Below are positions 53,801 through 64,000 of a stretch of DNA of 64,000 nucleotides, in pieces. The notes below the pieces were generated by a model. The model made no database searches. It was not told the origin of the DNA and saw nothing but the letters and a program-made list of their open reading frames with translations. Made by a program: the position numbers and the translations under genes. Source of the DNA: the human T2T-CHM13v2.0 reference genome, Homo sapiens; the NCBI RefSeq assembly GCF_009914755.1, contig NC_060931.1, one strand, 5' to 3'. Every line of letters starts with the position of its first letter. Position 1 is the stretch's first letter.

Positions 53801-56800
53801 CAGAGCAGATTTGAAACACTCTTTTTGTGGAGTTTGCAAGTGGAGATTTCAAGCGATTTGATGCCAACAGTAGAAAAGGAAATATCTTCAAATAAAAACT
53901 AGACAGAATCATTCTCAGAAACTACTTTGTGATGTGTGCCTTCAACTCACAGAGTTTAACCTTTCTTTTCTTAGAGCAGTTTAGAAACACTCTGCTTGTT
54001 ATGTCTGCAAGTGGATATTTGGACCTCTTTGAGGCCTTCGTTGCAAACGGGGTTTCTTCCTTTCATGCTAGACTAAGAAGAGTTCTCAGTAACTTTTTTG
54101 TGTTGTGTGTATTCAACTCACAGAGTTGAACCTTGCTTTAGAGAGAGCAGATTTGAAACACTCTTGCTGTGGCATTTTCAGGTGGAGATTTCAAGCGATT
54201 TGAGGACAATTGCAGAAAAGGAAATATCTTCGTATAATAACCAGACAGAATCATTCTCAGAAAGTGCTTTGTGATGTGTGCGTTCAACTCACAGAGTTTA
54301 ACCTTTCTTTTCATAGAGGAGTTTGGAAACACACTGTTTGTAAAGTCTGCAAGTGGATATATGGACCTGTTTGAGGCCTTCGTTGGAAACGGGATTTCTT
54401 CATTGAATGCTAGACGGAAGAATTCTCAGTAAATTCTTTGTGTTGTGTGCATTCAACTCACAGAGTGGAACGTCCCTTTAGACAGAGCAGATTTGAAACA
54501 CTCTTTTTGCGGAATTTGCAAGTGGAGATTTCTAGCCATTTGATGCCAACAGTAGAAAGGGAAATATCTTCAAATAAAAACCAGACAGAATCATTCTCAG
54601 AAAATTCTTTGTGATGTGTGCGTTCAACTCACATAGTTTAACCTTTCTTTTCATAGAGCAGTTTGGAAACACTCTGTTTGTAAAGTCTGCAAGTGGATAT
54701 ATGGACCGCATTGAGGCCTTCGTTGGAAACGGGATTTCTTCATTTCATGCTAGACAGAAGAATTCTCAGTAACTTCTTTGTGCTGTGTGTATTCAACTCA
54801 CAGAGTGGAACGTCCCTTTACACAGAGCAGATTTGAAACACTCTTTTTGTGGAGTTTGCAAGTGGAGATTTCAAGCGATTTGATGCCAACAGTAGAAAAG
54901 GAAATATCTTCAAATAAAAACTAGACAGAATCATTCTCAGAAACTACTTTGTGATGTGTGCCTTCAACTCACAGAGTTTAACCTTTCTTTTCTTAGAGCA
55001 GTTTAGAAACACTCTGCTTGTTATGTCTGCAAGTGGATATTTGGACCTCTTTGAGGCCTTCGTTGCAAACGGGGTTTCTTCCTTTCATGCTAGACTAAGA
55101 AGAGTTCTCAGTAACTTTTTTGTGTTGTGTGTATTCAACTCACAGAGTTGAACCTTGCTTTAGAGAGAGCAGATTTGAAACACTCTTGCTGTGGCATTTT
55201 CAGGTGGAGATTTCAAGCGATATGAGGACAATTGCAGAAAAGGAAATATCTTCGTATAATAACCAGACAGAATCATTCTCAGAAAGTGCTTTGTGATGTG
55301 TGCGTTCAACTCACAGAGTTTAACCTTTCTTTTCATAGAGGAGTTTGGAAACACACTGTTTGTAAAGTCTGCAAGTGGATATATGGACCTGTTTGAGGCC
55401 TTCGTTGGAAACGGGATTTCTTCATTGAATGCTAGACGGAAGAATTCTCAGTAAATTCTTTGTGTTGTGTGCATTCAACTCACAGAGTGGAACGTCCCTT
55501 TAGACAGAGCAGATTTGAAACACTCTTTTTGCGGAATTTGCAAGTGGAGATTTCTAGCCATTTGATGCCAACAGTAGAAAGGGAAATATCTTCAAATAAA
55601 AACCAGACAGAATCATTCTCAGAAAATTCTTTGTGATGTGTGCGTTCAACTCACATAGTTTAACCTTTCTTTTCATAGAGCAGTTTGGAAACACTCTGTT
55701 TGTAAAGTCTGCAAGTGGATCTATGGACCGCATTGAGGCCTTCGTTGGAAACGGGATTTCTTCATTTCATGCTAGACAGAAGAATTCTCAGTAACTTCTT
55801 TGTGCTGTGTGTATTCAACTCACAGAGTGGAACGTCCCTTTGCACAGAGCAGATTTGAAACACTCTTTTTGTGGAGTTTGCAAGTGGAGATTTCAAGCGA
55901 TTTGATGCCAACAGTAGAAAAGGAAATATCTTCAAATAAAAACTAGACAGAATCATTCTCAGAAACTACTTTGTGATGTGTGCCTTCAACTCACAGAGTT
56001 TAACCTTTCTTTTCTTAGAGCAGTTTAGAAACACTCTGCTTGTTATGTCTGCAAGTGGATATTTGGACCTCTTTGAGGCCTTCGTTGCAAACGGGGTTTC
56101 TTCCTTTCATGCTAGACTAAGAAGAGTTCTCAGTAACTTTTTTGTGTTGTGTGTATTCAACTCACAGAGTTGAACCTTGCTTTAGAGAGAGCAGATTTGA
56201 AACACTCTTGCTGTGGCATTTTCAGGTGGAGATTTCAAGCGATTTGAGGACAATTGCAGAAAAGGAAATATCTTCGTATAATAACCAGACAGAATCATTC
56301 TCAGAAAGTGCTTTGTGATGTGTGCGTTCAACTCACAGAGTTTAACCTTTCTTTTCATAGAGGAGTTTGGAAACACACTGTTTGTAAAGTCTGCAAGTGG
56401 ATATATGGACCTGTTTGAGGCCTTCGTTGGAAACGGGATTTCTTCATTGAATGCTAGACGGAAGAATTCTCAGTAAATTCTTTGTGTTGTGTGCATTCAA
56501 CTCACAGAGTGGAACGTCCCTTTAGACAGAGCAGATTTGAAACACTCTTTTTGCGGAATTTGCAAGTGGAGATTTCTAGCCATTTGATGCCAACAGTAGA
56601 AAGGGAAATATCTTCAAATAAAAACCAGACAGAATCATTCTCAGAAAATTCTTTGTGATGTGTGCGTTCAACTCACATAGTTTAACCTTTCTTTTCATAG
56701 AGCAGTTTGGAAACACTCTGTTTGTAAAGTCTGCAAGTGGATATATGGACCGCATTGAGGCCTTCGTTGGAAACGGGATTTCTTCATTTCATGCTAGACA

Positions 56801-59800
56801 GAAGAATTCTCAGTAACTTCTTTGTGCTGTGTGTATTCAACTCACAGAGTGGAACGTCCCTTTGCACAGAGCAGATTTGAAACACTCTTTTTGTGGAGTT
56901 TGCAAGTGGAGATTTCAAGCGATTTGATGCCAACAGTAGAAAAGGAAATATCTTCAAATAAAAACTAGACAGAATCATTCTCAGAAACTACTTTGTGATG
57001 TGTGCCTTCAACTCACAGAGTTTAACCTTTCTTTTCTTAGAGCAGTTTAGAAACACTCTGCTTGTTATGTCTGCAAGTGGATATTTGGACCTCTTTGAGG
57101 CCTTCGTTGCAAACGGGGTTTCTTCCTTTCATGCTAGACTAAGAAGAGTTCTCAGTAACTTTTTTGTGTTGTGTGTATTCAACTCACAGAGTTGAACCTT
57201 GCTTTAGAGAGAGCAGATTTGAAACACTCTTGCTGTGGCATTTTCAGGTGGAGATTTCAAGCGATTTGAGGACAATTGCAGAAAAGGAAATATCTTCGTA
57301 TAATAACCAGACAGAATCATTCTCAGAAAGTGCTTTGTGATGTGTGCGTTCAACTCACAGAGTTTAACCTTTCTTTTCATAGAGGAGTTTGGAAACACAC
57401 TGTTTGTAAAGTCTGCAAGTGGATACATGGACCTGTTTGAGGCCTTCGTTGGAAACGGGATTTCTTCATTGAATGCTAGACGGAAGAATTCTCAGTAAAT
57501 TCTTTGTGTTGTGTGCATTCAACTCACAGAGTGGAACGTCCCTTTAGACAGAGCAGATTTGAAACACTCTTTTTGCGGAATTTGCAAGTGGAGATTTCTA
57601 GCCATTTGATGCCAACAGTAGAAAGGGAAATATCTTCAAATAAAAACCAGACAGAATCATTCTCAGAAAATTCTTTGTGATGTGTGCGTTCAACTCACAT
57701 AGTTTAACCTTTCTTTTCATAGAGCAGTTTGGAAACACTCTGTTTGTAAAGTCTGCAAGTGGATATATGGACCGCATTGAGGCCTTCGTTGGAAACGGGA
57801 TTTCTTCATTTCATGCTAGACAGAAGAATTCTCAGTAACTTCTTTGTGCTGTGTGTATTCAACTCACAGAGTGGAACGTCCCTTTGCACAGAGCAGATTT
57901 GAAACACTCTTTTTGTGGAGTTTGCAAGTGGAGATTTCAAGCGATTTGATGCCAACAGTAGAAAAGGAAATATCTTCAAATAAAAACTAGACAGAATCAT
58001 TCTCAGAAACTACTTTGTGATGTGTGCCTTCAACTCACAGAGTTTAACCTTTCTTTTCTTAGAGCAGTTTAGAAACACTCTGCTTGTTATGTCTGCAAGT
58101 GGATATTTGGACCTCTTTGAGGCCTTCGTTGCAAACGGGGTTTCTTCCTTTCATGCTAGACTAAGAAGAGTTCTCAGTAACTTTTTTGTGTTGTGTGTAT
58201 TCAACTCACAGAGTTGAACCTTGCTTTAGAGAGAGCAGATTTGAAACACTCTTGCTGTGGCATTTTCAGGTGGAGATTTCAAGCGATTTGAGGACAATTG
58301 CAGAAAAGGAAATATCTTCGTATAATAACCAGACAGAATCATTCTCAGAAAGTGCTTTGTGATGTGTGCGTTCAACTCACAGAGTTTAACCTTTCTTTTC
58401 ATAGAGGAGTTTGGAAACACACTGTTTGTAAAGTCTGCAAGTGGATATATGGACCTGTTTGAGGCCTTCGTTGGAAACGGGATTTCTTCATTGAATGCTA
58501 GACGGAAGAATTCTCAGTAAATTCTTTGTGTTGTGTGCATTCAACTCACAGAGTGGAACGTCCCTTTAGACAGAGCAGATTTGAAACACTCTTTTTGCGG
58601 AATTTGCAAGTGGAGATTTCTAGCCATTTGATGCCAACAGTAGAAAGGGAAATATCTTCAAATAAAAACCAGACAGAATCATTCTCAGAAAATTCTTTGT
58701 GATGTGTGCGTTCAACTCACATAGTTTAACCTTTCTTTTCATAGAGCAGTTTGGAAACACTCTGTTTGTAAAGTCTGCAAGTGGATATATGGACCGCATT
58801 GAGGCCTTCGTTGGAAACGGGATTTCTTCATTTCATGCTAGACAGAAGAATTCTCAGTAACTTCTTTGTGCTGTGTGTATTCAACTCACAGAGTGGAACG
58901 TCCCTTTACACAGAGCAGATTTGAAACACTCTTTTTGTGGAGTTTGCAAGTGGAGATTTCAAGCGATTTGATGCCAACAGTAGAAAAGGAAATATCTTCA
59001 AATAAAAACTAGACAGAATCATTCTCAGAAACTACTTTGTGATGTGTGCCTTCAACTCACAGAGTTTAACCTTTCTTTTCTTAGAGCAGTTTAGAAACAC
59101 TCTGCTTGTTACGTCTGCAAGTGGATATTTGGACCTCTTTGAGGCCTTCGTTGCAAACGGGGTTTCTTCCTTTCATGCTAGACTAAGAAGAGTTCTCAGT
59201 AACTTTTTTGTGTTGTGTGTATTCAACTCACAGAGTTGAACCTTGCTTTAGAGAGAGCAGATTTGAAACACTCTTGCTGTGGCATTTTCAGGTGGAGATT
59301 TCAAGCGATATGAGGACAATTGCAGAAAAGGAAATATCTTCGTATAATAACCAGACAGAATCATTCTCAGAAAGTGCTTTGTGATGTGTGCGTTCAACTC
59401 ACAGAGTTTAACCTTTCTTTTCATAGAGGAGTTTGGAAACACACTGTTTGTAAAGTCTGCAAGTGGATACATGGACCTGTTTGAGGCCTTCGTTGGAAAC
59501 GGGATTTCTTCATTGAATGCTAGACGGAAGAATTCTCAGTAAATTCTTTGTGTTGTGTGCATTCAACTCACAGAGTGGAACGTCCCTTTAGACAGAGCAG
59601 ATTTGAAACACTCTTTTTGCGGAATTTGCAAGTGGAGATTTCTAGCCATTTGATGCCAACAGTAGAAAGGGAAATATCTTCAAATAAAAACCAGACAGAA
59701 TCATTCTCAGAAAATTCTTTGTGATGTGTGCGTTCAACTCACATAGTTTAACCTTTCTTTTCATAGAGCAGTTTGGAAACACTCTGTTTGTAAAGTCTGC

Positions 59801-62800
59801 AAGTGGATATATGGACCGCATTGAGGCCTTCGTTGGAAACGGGATTTCTTCATTTCATGCTAGACAGAAGAATTCTCAGTAACTTCTTTGTGCTGTGTGT
59901 ATTCAACTCACAGAGTGGAACGTCCCTTTGCACAGAGCAGATTTGAAACACTCTTTTTGTGGAGTTTGCAAGTGGAGATTTCAAGCGATTTGATGCCAAC
60001 AGTAGAAAAGGAAATATCTTCAAATAAAAACTAGACAGAATCATTCTCAGAAACTACTTTGTGATGTGTGCCTTCAACTCACAGAGTTTAACCTTTCTTT
60101 TCTTAGAGCAGTTTAGAAACACTCTGCTTGTTATGTCTGCAAGTGGATATTTGGACCTCTTTGAGGCCTTCGTTGCAAACGGGGTTTCTTCCTTTCATGC
60201 TAGACTAAGAAGAGTTCTCAGTAACTTTTTTGTGTTGTGTGTATTCAACTCACAGAGTTGAACCTTGCTTTAGAGAGAGCAGATTTGAAACACTCTTGCT
60301 GTGGCATTTTCAGGTGGAGATTTCAAGCGATTTGAGGACAATTGCAGAAAAGGAAATATCTTCGTATAATAACCAGACAGAATCATTCTCAGAAAGTGCT
60401 TTGTGATGTGTGCGTTCAACTCACAGAGTTTAACCTTTCTTTTCATAGAGGAGTTTGGAAACACACTGTTTGTAAAGTCTGCAAGTGGATATATGGACCT
60501 GTTTGAGGCCTTCGTTGGAAACGGGATTTCTTCATTGAATGCTAGACGGAAGAATTCTCAGTAAATTCTTTGTGTTGTGTGCATTCAACTCACAGAGTGG
60601 AACGTCCCTTTAGACAGAGCAGATTTGAAACACTCTTTTTGCGGAATTTGCAAGTGGAGATTTCTAGCCATTTGATGCCTACAGTAGAAAGGGAAATATC
60701 TTCAAATAAAAACCAGACAGAATCATTCTCAGAAAATTCTTTGTGATGTGTGCGTTCAACTCACATAGTTTAACCTTTCTTTTCATAGAGCAGTTTGGAA
60801 ACACTCTGTTTGTAAAGTCTGCAAGTGGATATATGGACCGCATTGAGGCCTTCGTTGGAAACGGGATTTCTTCATTTCATGCTAGACAGAAGAATTCTCA
60901 GTAACTTCTTTGTGCTGTGTGTATTCAACTCACAGAGTGGAACGTCCCTTTGCACAGAGCAGATTTGAAACACTCTTTTTGTGGAGTTTGCAAGTGGAGA
61001 TTTCAAGCGATTTGATGCCAACAGTAGAAAAGGAAATATCTTCAAATAAAAACTAGACAGAATCATTCTCAGAAACTACTTTGTGATGTGTGCCTTCAAC
61101 TCACAGAGTTTAACCTTTCTTTTCTTAGAGCAGTTTAGAAACACTCTGCTTGTTATGTCTGCAAGTGGATATTTGGACCTCTTTGAGGCCTTCGTTGCAA
61201 ACGGGGTTTCTTCCTTTCATGCTAGACTAAGAAGTGTTCTCAGTAACTTTTTTGTGTTGCGTGTATTCAACTCACAGAGTTGAACCTTGCTTTAGAGAGA
61301 GCAGATTTGAAACACTCTTGCTGTGGCATTTTCAGGTGGAGATTTCAAGCGATTTGAGGACAATTGCAGAAAAGGAAATATCTTCGTATAATAACCAGAC
61401 AGAATCATTCTCAGAAAGTGCTTTGTGATGTGTGCGTTCAACTCACAGAGTTTAACCTTTCTTTTCATAGAGGAGTTTGGAAACACACTGTTTGTAAAGT
61501 CTGCAAGTGGATACATGGACCTGTTTGAGGCCTTCGTTGGAAACGGGATTTCTTCATTGAATGCTAGACGGAAGAATTCTCAGTAAATTCTTTGTGTTGT
61601 GTGCATTCAACTCACAGAGTGGAACGTCCCTTTAGACAGAGCAGATTTGAAACACTCTTTTTGCGGAATTTGCAAGTGGAGATTTCTAGCCATTTGATGC
61701 CAACAGTAGAAAGGGAAATATCTTCAAATAAAAACCAGACAGAATCATTCTCAGAAAATTCTTTGTGATGTGTGCGTTCAACTCACATAGTTTAACCTTT
61801 CTTTTCATAGAGCAGTTTTGAAACACTCTGTTTGTAAAGTCTGCAAGTGGATATATGGACCGCATTGAGGCCTTCGTTGGAAACGGGATTTCTTCATTTC
61901 ATGCTAGACAGAAGAATTCTCAGTAACTTCTTTGTGCTGTGTGTATTCAACTCACAGAGTGGAACGTCCCTTTGCACAGAGCAGATTTGAAACACTCTTT
62001 TTGTGGAGTTTGCAAGTGGAGATTTCAAGCGATTTGATGCCAACAGTAGAAAAGGAAATATCTTCAAATAAAAACTAGACAGAATCATTCTCAGAAACTA
62101 CTTTGTGATGTGTGCCTTCAACTCACAGAGTTTAACCTTTCTTTTCTTAGAGCAGTTTAGAAACACTCTGCTTGTTATGTCTGCAAGTGGATATTTGGAC
62201 CTCTTTGAGGCCTTCGTTGCAAACGGGGTTTCTTCCTTTCATGCTAGACTAAGAAGAGTTCTCAGTAACTTTTTTGTGTTGTGTGTATTCAACTCACAGA
62301 GTTGAACCTTGCTTTAGAGAGAGCAGATTTGAAACACTCTTGCTGTGGCATTTTCAGGTGGAGATTTCAAGCGATTTGAGGACAATTGCAGAAAAGGAAA
62401 TATCTTCGTATAATAACCAGACAGAATCATTCTCAGAAAGTGCTTTGTGATGTGTGCGTTCAACTCACAGAGTTTAACCTTTCTTTTCATAGAGGAGTTT
62501 GGAAACACACTGTTTGTAAAGTCTGCAAGTGGATATATGGACCTGTTTGAGGCCTTCGTTGGAAACGGGATTTCTTCATTGAATGCTAGACGGAAGAATT
62601 CTCAGTAAATTCTTTGTGTTGTGTGCATTCAACTCACAGAGTGGAACGTCCCTTTAGACAGAGCAGATTTGAAACACTCTTTTTGCGGAATTTGCAAGTG
62701 GAGATTTCTAGCCATTTGATGCCAACAGTAGAAAGGGAAATATCTTCAAATAAAAACCAGACAGAATCATTCTCAGAAAATTCTTTGTGATGTGTGCGTT

Positions 62801-64000
62801 CAACTCACATAGTTTAACCTTTCTTTTCATAGAGCAGTTTGGAAACACTCTGTTTGTAAAGTCTGCAAGTGGATATATGGACCGCATTGAGGCCTTCGTT
62901 GGAAACGGGATTTCTTCATTTCATGCTAGACAGAAGAATTCTCAGTAACTTCTTTGTGCTGTGTGTATTCAACTCACAGAGTGGAACGTCCCTTTGCACA
63001 GAGCAGATTTGAAACACTCTTTTTGTGGAGTTTGCAAGTGGAGATTTCAAGCGATTTGATGCCAACAGTAGAAAAGGAAATATCTTCAAATAAAAACTAG
63101 ACAGAATCATTCTCAGAAACTACTTTGTGATGTGTGCCTTCAACTCACAGAGTTTAACCTTTCTTTTCTTAGAGCAGTTTAGAAACACTCTGCTTGTTAT
63201 GTCTGCAAGTGGATATTTGGACCTCTTTGAGGCCTTCGTTGCAAACGGGGTTTCTTCCTTTCATGCTAGACTAAGAAGTGTTCTCAGTAACTTTTTTGTG
63301 TTGCGTGTATTCAACTCACAGAGTTGAACCTTGCTTTAGAGAGAGCAGATTTGAAACACTCTTGCTGTGGCATTTTCAGGTGGAGATTTCAAGCGATTTG
63401 AGGACAATTGCAGAAAAGGAAATATCTTCGTATAATAACCAGACAGAATCATTCTCAGAAAGTGCTTTGTGATGTGTGCGTTCAACTCACAGAGTTTAAC
63501 CTTTCTTTTCATAGAGGAGTTTGGAAACACACTGTTTGTAAAGTCTGCAAGTGGATACATGGACCTGTTTGAGGCCTTCGTTGGAAACGGGATTTCTTCA
63601 TTGAATGCTAGACGGAAGAATTCTCAGTAAATTCTTTGTGTTGTGTGCATTCAACTCACAGAGTGGAACGTCCCTTTAGACAGAGCAGATTTGAAACACT
63701 CTTTTTGCGGAATTTGCAAGTGGAGATTTCTAGCCATTTGATGCCAACAGTAGAAAGGGAAATATCTTCAAATAAAAACCAGACAGAATCATTCTCAGAA
63801 AATTCTTTGTGATGTGTGCGTTCAACTCACATAGTTTAACCTTTCTTTTCATAGAGCAGTTTTGAAACACTCTGTTTGTAAAGTCTGCAAGTGGATATAT
63901 GGACCGCATTGAGGCCTTCGTTGGAAACGGGATTTCTTCATTTCATGCTAGACAGAAGAATTCTCAGTAACTTCTTTGTGCTGTGTGTATTCAACTCACA

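Larger units (their letters stand above)
1..64000 (+). repeat. Alpha satellite higher-order repeat array, SF1 (J1/J2 dimeric), 6-mer HOR of 1022 bp, ~63 copies; most likely human chr7 live array D7Z1 (S1C7H1L)
   Basis: Alphoid motifs (CATTCTCAGAAA, TTCAACTCACAGAG, TTTGAAACACTCT, TGCAAGTGGA) recur every ~170 bp. ORF-track starts repeat every 1022 bp (105, 1127, 2149 ... 63127), with only two exceptions (682 and 1020 bp). The array runs off both window ends. The alpha-satellite HOR call is near certain; the D7Z1 assignment rests on known HOR size and family (about 0.85). Confidence 0.98.

Noticed and set aside
105-63560. Recurring 64-74 aa ORFs on both strands (MMCAFNSQ..., MYPLADF.../MFPNSS..., MILSSFY..., MFSVTF..., MCCVHS...)
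   Set aside because: They are chance stop-free stretches of alpha satellite repeated with the HOR. They often use GTG/TTG starts, resemble no protein family, and appear or vanish with single SNVs (e.g. 996, 1998, 10137, 40304). Database hits to such peptides would be spurious translations. I used them only as variant markers.
1-64000. CRISPR-like regular spacing of short conserved motifs such as GTTTGGAAAC and ATTTGAAAC
   Set aside because: The intervening sequences are themselves repeated rather than unique spacers, the period is ~171 bp, and there are no cas genes or leader.
1-64000. Hidden insertion (L1, Alu, viral), inversion or non-alphoid island
   Set aside because: The 1022-bp phase is accounted for across the whole window by just two events (-340 and -2 bp), leaving no room for an insertion, and the orientation never changes.

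Overview
The whole 64 kb window is one uninterrupted head-to-tail array of primate centromeric alpha satellite. It is built from a 1022-bp higher-order repeat (HOR) of six monomers (171/171/169/171/169/171 bp), i.e. three ~340-bp dimers of suprachromosomal family 1 (SF1, J1/J2 type), with a CENP-B box in every second monomer. About 63 HOR copies are present, nearly identical and all in one orientation. HOR size, dimeric structure and the 340+682 bp EcoRI pattern best fit the live array of human chromosome 7 (D7Z1 / S1C7H1L); that assignment is inference and was not confirmed by search. I find no genes, RNA genes, mobile elements or CRISPR arrays, and every ORF in the track is an artefact of the repeat. 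I see no evidence for a new gene-encoded system. The informative structure lies in the variants: one 4-mer deletion HOR with a mappable 28-bp crossover window, one 2-bp deletion, two CENP-B boxes with essential bases mutated, and shared SNVs that reveal nested super-periods of 3 HORs (3066 bp), 4 HORs (4088 bp) and 2 HORs (2044 bp), plus a block repeated 11 HORs away. Units are numbered U1-U63 from position 86. Variant positions were read by eye and cross-checked against the 1022-bp period, so the lists may be incomplete.
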